Assembly: GCA_040954595.2 (NCBI GenBank)
Contig: CM082582.2
Coordinates: 930,001 to 994,000, forward strand
Reading direction: 5' to 3'
From: Balanoglossus misakiensis
Taxonomy: Eukaryota; Animalia; Hemichordata
DNA length: 64,000 nt
A program made the position numbers and the translations under genes. Positions 12,110 to 25,199 of the stretch are shown here, piece after piece. The notes below the pieces were generated by a model. It did no database searches, was not told the origin of the DNA, and was given only the letters and a program-made list of their open reading frames with translations. Each line of letters opens with the position of its first letter. Position 1 is the stretch's first letter.

Positions 12110-12689
12110 TCACATGCATCTTATTTTCGTCAACACCAACTTATACAAAATATGATTTAACCATCTTGTTCTCATTTCTCTCCAATGTACAGAAAGCAGT
12201 AGCCTGGATGGATTTACAGAGAGAGAGGCTAGTACACGGCACTCATGTGGACATGCACTACCACATATCATATCTCAACGGGACTTCGGTTGTCGCTGTA
12301 GTATTTAACCCAAGTTTAACTGTGACACCCACGTCCATACATGGCAAGGTTTTCTCTCCCAAAAGTTTCAGTTTGGCATCCCAGTTACCATCAGTTGCGC
12401 TTTCTCCATGCCTTCTAAGTTGAATGCGATTTACCATCACCGGATTCATACTGTGGTGCAAAGACAATTAAAAACATCGATTGTAAGTCATTTAGTAGTG
12501 ATACCATTGTTACCAAACCTCGTTTTAAAATACATGTAATCTGTACTCGAAACTATCATTTTTTCTTTCTTTCTAGAATATGACTTGTGAGCGAGTGCCG
12601 CGTTTAAATTGATACTGAGAATAAACACCGCTAATCGACGATAAAATCAACGTATTTTCAAATGCAAGTGAACGCATGGAGGCGGCCAT
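12110..12689 (-). pseudogene. RPA70-like OB-fold ssDNA-binding protein pseudogene (OB plus Zn-finger OB-C)
   Basis: Starts ATGGCCGCC (MAASMRSL) at 12689. Fragments VFAPQYESGDGK, ATDGNWDAKLKLLGEKTLPCMDVGVTVKL..GLNTTATTEV and SACPHEC..GYCF resemble RPA1 OB-B and the ACP..C..C Zn finger. Several stops and frameshifts. Confidence 0.55.
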
Positions 12690-12829
12690 ATTGAATTTAG
12701 GTTACATCCCAAGACATTCCGACTGGGCTTCAGGTGGATTCGGGAAAGGTCTCTAAAACATAATCGGTCATCCAGTTTTGTATACTAAATTTCTAAAAAT
12801 GAAGGACATGGGAGGTTAACATACCCACA

Positions 12830-13400
12830 ATGACTACACACAAAAAAGGGCCCAGGCGTTTCGGGGTGCGATTGTTACGTACCTTAGCTCCATCATCTGC
12901 AACCAGCCAAGGCATGGCTGTGAAATTGCGCGTCATGGAGGATGTCGAGATCCGGAATTCCGCCAACGGGAAACTGTTTAGCGTGCCTTGTATGCAGCAC
13001 GATGGCAACGTTCTGGAACTTAAATTCTGGAAAGAAAATCCGAAGTGGCTGAACAGATTATAGAAGGGAGAATACGTACAGCTCCGCAACTTTTCCACTG
13101 GAAGAGATAATACCATTTGCCTCTATGATAGAGCAAAGGCCGGGGATGCCATTACGCCGTTAAACCTGAAATATAGATTGAGAGTGGATATTGTTTTACA
13201 CAATTTTTGAACATTGAAGTAAAGTATTAGAATGATGGAGTCCGATAGAAAAAGTGAGTTGGTAATTTCGGCATCCGACTTCGTTATTAAAATGGAAAGA
13301 TTTGCGATTTGAGATTCGGTTACCATTTGGAAGTTTGAAAGGAAATATTTCATTCAAGTACAGTGGCAACTACTGGATTATGGAGAATATTTGAAATGTT
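12830..13400 (+). pseudogene. RPA70-like tandem OB-fold pseudogene
   Basis: VKLRVMEDVEIRNSANGKLFSVPCMQHDGNVLELKFWKENPKWLNRL*KGEYVQLRNF resembles RPA1 OB-A (ARV....IR.W.N..GEGKLFS....D..G.I...F). The same frame continues with a second OB-like stretch IRMMESDRKSELVI..FAI*DSVTIWKF; in-frame stops present. Confidence 0.6.
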
Positions 13401-13529
13401 GATGAACGGAGACCTATTAGAATCAATGAAAACCTACCTTTATTGGTGTTACGGTTACTACACCTGACAGACCGCTGGTCTGCGTCCGACCGATTTTGAG
13501 CTCCTAGCTCTTGTGGAGACATGCGGAGG

Positions 13530-14270
13530 TACAGCGGGTTTATTGTTTTTTTGTAAAACCATAGTTAAACTCCAAAAATCTTCTTCTCCAGAACGAGCGA
13601 TGACTGAGTCGCAAGATTCGGGGAGTATGGTCACTACACTGATGTCTATCAAGTTTGCAAAGAGCATTGTGATTGGTCGAAGATTATGGTGGCCATATTG
13701 GATTTTGTAAAAAACAGAGAAAAATTGAAATTCCTTTTTCTAGTCCAAAAATTGATAGCATACAAATTCTTTTTATGGATATCAATTGTCATGTGACTAA
13801 AATATATAACAATTTTTTGGCGATTTTTCACATGACCTTTGACCTAATTATCACGCGTTATTATTTCTGCATATCTAATTCCAGGCTAACCTATAGGGCT
13901 AGAGGTTTGGTTTTTGATGAATGTGGATTAGTGTGTGATCAAAATATTTTGCTACTTTTCATGACCCCTTTGACCTCTGCTGACCTCATTAATTATGCAC
14001 ATACCTAATTACAGGCGAACCAATAGAGCTAGAGTTTTGGTTTTTGTTGGACATGGACCAGTATGGGTAAAAAAAAATTGCCCAAATGTTGGGTGACCTC
14101 AGGTGACCTTTGACCTACTTCACCCTATTTCAGCAGCAAAAATACACACATCATTGTTATGTCATGAGATAATACATCCGATAGAAAATTCTGTTTCTTC
14201 TCATTCATACTGTGCATATATAATTCAAGATCAGCGCTTGGGCCCAACAATGCTGCTCGCAGCTTTAATT
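13530..14270 (+). mobile_element. 5'-truncated HINE copy with an intact 3' terminus
   Basis: Same subrepeats as the array; ends GCGCTTGGGCCCAACAATGCTGCTCGCAGCTTTAATT. Confidence 0.85.
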
Positions 14271-17200
14271 AGGGCCCAAGCGCAAGCAAGCGCTTGGGCC
14301 CTATTGGTTTCGTTGGAATTTTTCTTTAGGGCCCAAGCGCAAGCAAGCGCTTGGGCCCTATTGGTTTCGTCTGGGTTTTTCTGTCTTTCTTTCTTAGGGC
14401 CCAAGCGCAAGCAAGCGCTTGGGCCCTATTGGTTTCGTTGGAATTTTTCTTTCTTTCTTTCTTTCTTTCTTTCTTTATTCTTGTGTCAATTCTTCGGCCA
14501 ACGAGATCTCTGAAACTACTGCAGGTACACTTCTCAAACTTGCTACAGTGGTCAAGGTCAATGAGTAGATGTGCAGTGACTTGTGAATACTTAATTAGTC
14601 ACGTGACCTGGCGGCCATATTGGATTCTCTGAAAAAATACAAATCTCAGATCTCAGAAACTACAAGTCAGATCGACTTCAAATTTGGCATGCAGGTAGAC
14701 TACCTTCTACCCATCATTTTTGTCATTGGAAATTTTGCTGTCAATGTTGCAGTTTTTTTGCTACAATTTTTTTTCTGAAATCTGGCTTAAATTTCAAAAA
14801 TCTTCTTCTCCAGAACCGATGATAACTGAGACACGGGGTTTGGGGTATGTGGTCACCTAAGTGATGTCTATCAAGTTTGCGAAGATCATTGTGATTGGTC
14901 GACGATTATGGCGGCCATATTGGATTTTCGAAAAACCATAGTTAAACTCCAAAAATCTTCTTCTCCAGAACGGGCGATGACTGAGTCACAAAATTCGGGG
15001 AGTATGGTCACTACACTGATGTCTATCAAGTTTGCAAAGAGCATTGTGATTGGTCAAAGATTATGGCGGCCATATTGGATTTTGTAAAAAGCAGTGAAAA
15101 ATTGAAATTCCTTTTTCTAGTCTAAAAATTGATAGCATACAAATTCTTTTTATGGATATCAATCGTCATGTGACTAAAATATGTAACAATTTTTTGGCGA
15201 TTTTTCACATGACCTTTGACCTACTTATCACGCGTTATTATTTCTGCATATCTAATTCCAGGCTAACCTATAGGGCTAGACGTTTGGTTTTTGATGCTTG
15301 TGGACTAGTGTGTGATCAAAATATTTTGCTACTTTTCATGACCCCTTTGACCTCTGCTGACCTCATTAATTATGTGCATAGCTAATTACAGGCGAACCAA
15401 TAGAGCTAGAGGTTTGGTTTTTGTTGGACATGGACAAGTATGGGATCAAAATTTTTTGCCCAAATGTTGGGTGACCTCTGGTGACCTTTGACCTACTTTC
15501 GCATATCTCAGCATCCAGAGCAGATACAGCCATGGTATTTGGTAGGATGGGACCAAAATGTAAAGCCACATTTTTGGGTCACCTGTGACACCTGCTGACC
15601 TCATTAAATATGCACATACCTAATTACAGGCGAACCAATAGAGCTAGAGTTTTGGTTTTTGTTGGACATGGACCAGTATGGGGTCAAAATTTTTTGCCCA
15701 AATGTTGGGTGACCTCAGGTGACCTTTGACCTACTTCACCCTATTTCAGCAGCAAAAATACACACATCCTTGTTATGTCATGAGATAATACATCTGATAG
15801 AAAATTCTGTTTCTTCTCATTCATACTGTGCATATATAATTCAAGATCAGCGCTTGGGCCCGACAATGCTGCTCGCAGCTTTAATTAGGGCCCAAGCGCA
15901 TGCAAGCGCTTGGGCCCTATTGGTTTCGTTGGGGTTTTTTAGGGCCCAAGCGCATACCAGCGCTTGGGCCCTATTGGTTTCGTTGGGGTTTTTAGGGCCC
16001 AAGCGCATACCAGCGCTTGGGCCCTATTGGTTTCGTTGGGGTTTTTCTTTCTTTCTTTCTTTCTTTATTCTTGTGTCAATTCTTTGTCGCTCTAGATCTC
16101 AGACACCGCTGCAGGCACACTTCTGAAACTTGCTACAGTGGTCAGGGTCAATGAGTAGTCGTGCATTGAACCCTTGAATTTTTAATTAGTCACGTGACCT
16201 GGCGGCCATATTGGATATTCTGAAAAAATGCAAATCTCAGATCTCAGAAACTACAAGTCAGATCGACTTCAAATTTGGTGTGCAGGTAGTTTACCTTCTA
16301 CCCATCATTTTTGTAATTGGAAATTATGCTGTCAATGTTGCAGTTTTTTTGCTACAATTTTTTTTCTGAAATCTGGCTTAAATTTCAAAAATCTTCTTCT
16401 CCAGAACCGGTGATAACCGAGTCACGCGGTTTGGGGTATGTGGTCACCTAACTGATGTCTATCAAGTTTGCGAAGATCATTGTGATTGGTTGAAGATTAT
16501 GGCGGCCATATTGGATTTTGTGAAAAACAATTAAAAAGTAAAAATTCCCTTTCTAGCCTAAAAATTGATAGCACAGAAATTCTTTTTATGGATATGAATC
16601 ATCATATGACAAGAATAAGCTATAAATATTTTGGTAATTTTGGCAATGACCTTTGACCTACTTTTGACGCATGATTTTTCTGCATATCTAATTCCAGGCT
16701 AACCAATAGGGCTATAAGTTTGGTTTTTGATGTATGTCGATTTGTATGTGATTTTGCTACTTTTCATGACCCCTTTGACCTCTGCTGACCTCATTAAATA
16801 TGTACATACCTAATTACAGATGAACCAATAGACCTAGAGGTTTTGTTTTTGTTATACATGGACCAGTATGGGGTCAAAATATTTTGCCCAAATGTTGGGT
16901 GACCTCAGGTGACCTTTGACCTACTTTTGCATATCTCGACATCCACAGCAGATACAGCCTTGGCGTTTGGAGGTATGGGGCCATAATGAAAAGCCAAAGT
17001 TTTGGGTCACCTGTGACACCTGCTTAACTCATTAATTATGTGCATACCTAATTATAGGCTAACCAAAAGGGCTAGAGGTCTGGTTTTTGTTGGACATGGA
17101 CCACCATGGGTCAAAATTTTCTGCCCAAATTTTGGATGACCTCAGATGACCTTTGACCTACTTTTGCATATCTCGGCATCCAAAGCAGGTACAGCCTTGG

Positions 17201-20200
17201 CATTTGGAGGTATGGGGCCATAATGAAAAGCCAAAGCCAAAGTTTTGGGTCACCTGTGACACCTGCTTTACGCATTATTTGTGTGCATACCTAATTCCAG
17301 GCTAACCAAAAGGGCTAGAGGTCTGGTTTTTGTTGGACATGGACCACTATGGGTTAAAATTTTCTGCCCAAATGTTGGGTGACCTCTGGGTGACCTTTGA
17401 CCTACTTAACACTTTATCAGCACCAAACATAGATATAACCTTGATATTTCATGGGATAGAACAGCATTATGTTTCTACTCATTAATTATGTGCATATCTA
17501 ATATCAGATCAGATAATAGAGCTTGGGCCCGGACAATGCTGCTTGCAGCTTTAATTCTTTCTTTCTTTCTTTCTTTATTCTTGTGTCAATTCTTTGTCGC
17601 TCTAGATCTCAGACACCGCTGCAGGCACACTTCTGAAACTTGCTACAGTGGTCAGGGTCAATGAGTAGTCGTGCATTGAACCCTTGAATTTTTAATTAGT
17701 CACGTGACCTGGCGGCCATATTGGATATTCTGAAAAAATGCAAATCTCAGATCTCAGAAACTACAAGTCAGATCGACTTCAAATTTGGTGTGCAGGTAGT
17801 TTACCTTCTACCCATCATTTTTGTAATTGGAAATTATGCTGTCAATGTTGCAGTTTTTTTGCTACAATTTTTTTTCTGAAATCTGGCTTAAATTTCAAAA
17901 ATCTTCTTCTCCAGAACCGGTGATAACCGAGTCACGCGGTTTGGGGTATGTGGTCACCTAACTGATGTCTATCAAGTTTGCGAAGATCATTGTGATTGGT
18001 TGAAGATTATGGCGGCCATATTGGATTTTGTGAAAAACAATTAAAAAGTAAAAATTCCCTTTCTAGCCTAAAAATTGATAGCACAGAAATTCTTTTTATG
18101 GATATGAATCATCATATGACAAGAATAAGCTATAAATATTTTGGTAATTTTGGCAATGACCTTTGACCTACTTTTGACGCATGATTTTTCTGCATATCTA
18201 ATTCCAGGCTAACCAATAGGGCTATAAGTTTGGTTTTTGATGTATGTCGATTTGTATGTGATTTTGCTACTTTTCATGACCCCTTTGACCTCTGCTGACC
18301 TCATTAAATATGTACATACCTAATTACAGATGAACCAATAGACCTAGAGGTTTTGTTTTTGTTATACATGGACCAGTATGGGGTCAAAATATTTTGCCCA
18401 AATGTTGGGTGACCTCAGGTGACCTTTGACCTACTTTTGCATATCTCGACATCCACAGCAGATACAGCCTTGGCGTTTGGAGGTATGGGGCCATAATGAA
18501 AAGCCAAAGTTTTGGGTCACCTGTGACACCTGCTTAACTCATTAATTATGTGCATACCTAATTATAGGCTAACCAAAAGGGCTAGAGGTCTGGTTTTTGT
18601 TGGACATGGACCACCATGGGTCAAAATTTTCTGCCCAAATTTTGGATGACCTCAGATGACCTTTGACCTACTTTTGCATATCTCGGCATCCAAAGCAGGT
18701 ACAGCCTTGGCATTTGGAGGTATGGGGCCATAATGAAAAGCCAAAGCCAAAGTTTTGGGTCACCTGTGACACCTGCTTTACGCATTATTTGTGTGCATAC
18801 CTAATTCCAGGCTAACCAAAAGGGCTAGAGGTCTGGTTTTTGTTGGACATGGACCACTATGGGTTAAAATTTTCTGCCCAAATGTTGGGTGACCTCTGGG
18901 TGACCTTTGACCTACTTAACACTTTATCAGCACCAAACATAGATATAACCTTGATATTTCATGGGATAGAACAGCATTATGTTTCTACTCATTAATTATG
19001 TGCATATCTAATATCAGATCAGATAATAGAGCTTGGGCCCGGACAATGCTGCTTGCAGCTTTAATCTTTCTTTCTTTTTTCTTGTGTCAATTTCTTCGGC
19101 CAACGAGATCTCTGAAACTACTGCAGGTACACTTCTCAAACTTGCTACAGTGGTCAAGGTCAATGAGTAGATGTGCAGTGACTTGTGAATAATTAATTAG
19201 TCACGTGACCTGGCGGCCATATTGGATTTTCTGAAAAAATTCAAATCTCAGATCTCAGAAACTACAAGTCAGATCGACTTCAAATTTGGCATGCAGGTAG
19301 ACTACCTTCTACCCATCATTTTTGTAATTGGAAATTTTGCTGTCAATGTTGCAGTTTTTTTGCTACAATTTTTTTTCTGAAATCTGGCTTAAATTTCAAA
19401 AATCTTCTTCTCCAGAACCAGTGATAACCGAGACACGGGGTTTGGGGTATGTGGTCACCTAACTGATGTCTATCAAGTTTGCGAAGATCATTGTGATTGG
19501 TCGAAGATTATGGCGGCCATATTGGATTTTAGAAAAACCATAGTTAAACTCCAAAAATCTTCTTCTCCAGAACGCGCGATGACTGAGTCGCAAGATTCGG
19601 GGAGTATGGTCACTACACTGATGTCTATCAAGTTTACAAAGAGCATTGTGATTGGTCGAAGATTATGGCGGCCATATTGGATTTTGTAAAAAGCAGTGAA
19701 AAATTGAAATTCCTTTTTCTAGTCTAAAAATTGATAGCATACAAATTCTTTTTATGGATATCAATCGTCATGTGACTAAAATATGTTACAATTTTTTGGC
19801 GATTTTTCACATGACCTTTGACCTACTTATCACGCGTTATTATTTCTGCATATCTAATTCCAGGCTAACCTATAGGGCTAGACGTTTGGTTTTTGATGAA
19901 TGTGGATTAGTGTGTGATCACAATATTTTGCTACTTTTCATGACCCCTTTGACCTCTGCTGACCTCATTAATTATGTGCATAGCTAATTACAGGCGAACC
20001 AATAGAGCTAGAGGTTTGGTTTTTGTTGGACACAGACCAGTATGGGATCAAAATTTTTTGCCCAAATGTTGCGTGACCTCTGGTGACCTTTGACCTACTT
20101 TCGCATATCTCAGCATCCAGAGCAGATACAGCCATGGCATTTGGTAGGATGGGACCAAAATGTAAAGCCTCATTTTTGGGTCACCTGTAACACCTGCTGA

Positions 20201-21823
20201 CCTCATTAAATATGCACATACCTAATTACAGGCGAACCAATAGAGCTAGAGTTTTGGTTTTTGTTGGACATGGACCAGTATGGGTAAAAAAAATGCCCAA
20301 ATGTTGGGTGACCTTAGGTGACCTTTCACGTACTTTCAGCAGCAAAAATACACACATCCTTGTTATGTCATGAGATAATTCATCCGATAAAAAATTCTGT
20401 TTCTTCTCATTCATACTGTGCATATATAATTCAAGATCAGCGCTTGGGCCCGACAATGCTGCTCGCAGCTTTAATTAGGGCCCAAGCGCATACCAGCGCT
20501 TGGGCCCTATTGGTTTCGTTGGGGTTTTTCTGTCTTTCCTTCTTTCTTCTTTCTTCTTCTTTCTTTATTCTTGTGTCAATTCTTTGTCGCTCTAGATCTC
20601 AGACACCGCTGCAGGTACACTTCTCAAACTTGCTACAGTGGTCAAAGTCAATGAGTAGTCGTGCATTGAACCTGTGAATTTTTAATTAGTCACGTGACCT
20701 GGCGGCCATCTTGGATTTTCTAAAAAAATGCAAATCTCAGATATCAGAAACTACAAGTCAGATCAACTTCAAATTTGGCATGCTGGTAGACTACCTTCTG
20801 CCCATCATTTTTGTAATTGGAAATTATGCTGACAATGTTGCAGTTTTTTTGCTACAATTTTTTTTCTGAAATCTGGCTTAAATTTCAAAAATCTTCTTCT
20901 CCAGAACGGGCGATAACCGAGTCACAAGATTTGGTGTGTGTGGTCATTAAACAGATGTCTATCAAGTTTGCGAAGGGGAATTTGATTGGTCGAAGATTAT
21001 GGCGGCCATATTGGATTTTGTGAAAAACGATTAAAAAGTAAAAATTCCTTTTCTAGCCTAAAAATTGATAGCACAGAAATTCTTTTTATGGATATGAATC
21101 ATCATATGACAAGAATAAGCTATAAATATTTTGGTAATTTTGGCAATGACCTTTGACCTACTTTTGACGAATCATTTTTCTGCATATCTAATTCCAGGCT
21201 AACCAATAGGGCTATAAGTTTGGTTTTTGATGTATGTGGATTTGTATGTGATCAAAAAATTTTGCTACTTTTCATGACCCCTTTGACCTCTGGTGACCTC
21301 ATTAAATATGCGCATACCTAATTAATGATGAACCAATAGACCTAAAGGTTTTGTTTTTGTTATACATGGACCAGTATGGGGTCAAAATTTTTTGCCCAAA
21401 TGTTGGGTGACCTCGGGTGACCTTTGACCTACTTTGGCATATCTTGACATCCACAGCAGATACAGCCTTGGCGTTTGGAGGTATAGGGCCATAATGAAAA
21501 GCCAAAGTTTTGGGTCACCTGTGACACCTGCTTAACTCATTATTTATGTGCATACCTAATTCCGGGCTAACCAAAAGGGCTAGAGGTCTGGTTTTTGTTG
21601 GACATGGACCACTATGGGTCAAAATTTTCTGCCCAAATTGTGGGTGACCTCTGGGTGACCTTGACCTACTTAACACTATATCAACACCAAACATAGATAT
21701 AACCTTGATATTTCATGGGATAAAACACAGCATTATGTTTCTACTCATTTATTATGTGCATATCTAATAATCAGATCAGATAATAGAGCTTGGGCCCGGA
21801 CAATGCTGCTTGCAGCTTTAATT
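14271..21823 (+). mobile_element. Nested array of non-autonomous Helentrons (HINEs), subfamilies A and B: 7 heads and 5 complete bodies
   Basis: 5' palindromic heads AGGGCCCAAGCGC..GCGCT(T)GGGCCCT at 14271, 14328, 14396, 15887, 15941, 15994 and 20477. Bodies end at 15886, 17556, 19065, 20476 and 21823 in subTIR GCTTGGGCCC + hairpin GCTGC(T)N GCAGC + TTTAAT. (TTTC)n tracts follow the heads; no TSDs. Confidence 0.9.
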
Positions 21824-24800
21824 TATTCTTGGTTCCATTCTTTGGCCAACGAGATCTCAGACACCGCTGCAGGTACACTTCTCAAACTTGCTACAGTGGT
21901 CAAGGTCAATGAGTAGATGTGCAGTGACTTGTGAATACTTAATTAGTCACGTGACCTGGCGGCCATATTGGATTATCTGAAAAAATTCAAATCTCAGATC
22001 TCTGAAACTACAAGTCAGATCAACTTCAAATTTGGCATGCAGGTAGACTACCTTCTACCCATCATTTTTGTTATTGGAAATTTTGCTGTCAGTGTTGCAG
22101 TTTTTTTGCTACAGTTGTTTTTCTGAAATCTGGTCAAAATTTCAAAAATCTTCTTCTCCAGAACCGGTGATAATCGAGTCACGCGGTTTGGGGCATGTGG
22201 TCACCTAATTGATGTCTATCAAGTTTGCGAAGATCATTGTGATTGGTCGAAGATTATGGCGGCCATATTGGATTTTCGAAAAACCATAGTAAAACTTCAA
22301 AAATCTTCTTCTCCAGAACGGGCGATAACTGAGTCGCAAGATTTGGGGAGTATGGTCACTATACTGATGTCTATCAAGTTTGCAAAGAGCATTGTGATTG
22401 GTCGAAGATTATGGCGGCCATATTGGATTTTGTAAAAAGCAGTGAAAAATTAAAATTCCTTTTTCTAGTATAAAAATTGATAGCATACAAATTCGTTTTA
22501 TGGATATCAATCGTCATATGACTACAATATGTTACAAATTTTTGGCGATTTTTCACATGACCTTTGACCTACTTTTCACACATTATTATTTCAGCATATC
22601 TAATTCCACGCTAACCTATAGGGCTAGACTTTTGTTTTTGATGCATGTGGATTAGTGTGTGATCAAACTATTTTGCTACTTTTCATGACCCCTTTGACCT
22701 ATGCTGACCTCATTAATTATGTGCATAGCTAATTACAGGCGAACCAAGAGAGCTAGAGGTTTTGTTTTTTGTTGGACATGGACCAGTATGGGATCAAAAT
22801 TTTTTGTCCAAATTTTGGGTAACCTCTGGTGACCTTTGACCTACTTTCGCATATCTAAGCATCCAGAGCAGATACAGCCATGGCATTTGGCAGGATGGGA
22901 CCAAAATGTAAAGCCACATTTTTGGGTCACCTGTGACACCTGCTGACCTCATTAAATATGCACATACCTAATTACAGGCGAACCAATAGAGCTAGAGTTT
23001 TGGTTTTTGTTGGACATGGACCAGTATGGGTAAAAAAAATTGCCCAAATGTTGGGTGACCTCAGGTTAATGAGTAGTTGTGCAGTGACTTGTGAATAATT
23101 AATTAGTCACGTGACATGGCGGCCATATTGGATTTTCTGAAAAAATTCAAATCTCAGATCTCAGAAACTACGAGTCAGATTGACTTCACATTTGGCGTGC
23201 TGGTAGTGTACCTTCTGCCCATCATTTTTGTCATTGGATATTTTGCTCTCAATGTTGCAGTTTTTTTGCTACAGTTATTTTTCTGAAATCTGGTCAAAAT
23301 TTCAAAAATCTTCTTCTCCAGAACCGGCGATAACCGAGTCACGCGGTTTGGGGTATCTGGTCACCTTACTGATGTCTATCAAGTTTGCGAAGATCATTGT
23401 GATTGGTCGAAGATTATGGCGGCCATATTGGATTTTCGAAAAACCATAGTAAAACTGCAAAAATCTTCTTCTCCAGAACGGGTGATGACTGAGTCGCAAG
23501 ATTCGGGGAGTATGGTCACTACACTGATGTCTACCAAGTTTGTGGAGAGCATTGTGAATTGTCGAAAATTATGGCGGCCATATTGGATTTTGTAAAAAGC
23601 AGTAAAAAATTGAAATTCCTTTTTGTATCCTAAGAAATGATAGCATACAAATTCTTTTTATGGATATCAATCGTTATATGACTAAAATATGTTACAAATT
23701 TTTTGGCAATTTTCATATGACCTTTGACCTACTTTTCACATATCATTATATCTGCCTATCTTTTTCCAGGCTAACCTATAGGGCTAGACGTTTGGTTTTT
23801 GATGCATGTGGATTAGTGTGTGATCAAATTATTTGGCTACTTTTCATGACCCCTTTGACCTCTGCTGACCTCATTTATTATGTACATAGCTAATTACAGG
23901 CAAACGAATAGAGCTAGAGTTTTGCTTTTTGTTGGACATGGACCAGTATGGGGTCAAAATTTGTTGCCGAAATGTCAGGTGATCTCAGGTGACCTTTGAC
24001 CTACTTTCACATATCTCAACATCCAGAGCAGATACAGCCTTGGCATTTGACAGGATTGGACCAAAATGTCAAGCCACATTTTTGGGTCACCTGTGACACC
24101 TGCTGACCTCATTAAATATGCACATACCTAATTTCAGACGAACCAATAGATCTAGAGTTTTTGTTTTTGTTGGACATGGACCAGTATGGGGTCAAACTTT
24201 TTTGCAATAATTTTGTTTGACCTCTGGGACCTTTTACCTACTTTCTCATATCTTGGCATCCACTGCAGGTACAGGCTTAGCATTTGGAGGGATGGAACAC
24301 CTCACCGAGTCTCACACTTTACCCCATTAATTATGTGCATATATAATTCCAAGCGAACCAATAAGGCTAGAGGTGTGTTTTTGTTGAACATGGACCAATA
24401 TGTGGTCAAAAGTTTTTGCCCAAATTTTGGATGAACTGAGGTGACTTTTAACCTACTTTACCATATCTCGGTGCCAACAGCAGCTACAGCCTTGTCCTTT
24501 CGAGGGATAGGATCAAAATTAAAAGGCAAATTTTGGGGTCCCCTGTGACACCTGCTTGACTCATTGATTACGTGTATACCTGATTCCAGGCAAACCAAAC
24601 GGACTAGAGGTCTGGTTTTTGTTGAACATGGACCAATATTGGGTCACAAGCTTTTGCCCAAATTTAGGGTGACCTGAGGTGACCTTTAACCTGCTTTCCC
24701 ATATCTCAGCATCCACAGGAGATACATCCTTGGCTTTTGAAGGGTGGGACAAAAATGAAACGCCAAATTTTGGGGTAATCTGTGTCACCTTCTTAACCTC

Positions 24801-25199
24801 ATTAATTATGCCCATACCTAATTCCAGGCTAACCAACACAGCTAGCAGTTTCGTTTCAGTTGGACATGGACCAGTATGGCATCAAAAAATGTTGGACCAA
24901 ATTTTGGGTGAACTTTGACCTACTTTTACATATCTCAGCATCCAGGGCAGATTCGGTCTTAGCATTTGTAGGGATGAAACAACTTATGTTGTCGGACACC
25001 TTACCACATTAAATTTTACGCTGACCAATAGTGGCAGAAGGAAAGCTGGGACCAGTATGGGACCAAATGTTTGACAAATTGTTGGGTAACCTTGGTATGC
25101 CCTTTTACTTTTCATTATTGTGATACGCTGAAACACTTAATGCGTTCTTATACTTCACCTCCTTCTTTTGTCTATAACAAATAGTATCCTTAAAAATAA

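Noticed and set aside
14271-14445. Short palindromic repeats in series resembling a CRISPR array (also 15887-16045 and 45319-45420)
   Set aside because: The intervening sequences are not unique spacers, there are no cas genes, and the context is eukaryotic. These are stacked Helentron 5' termini.
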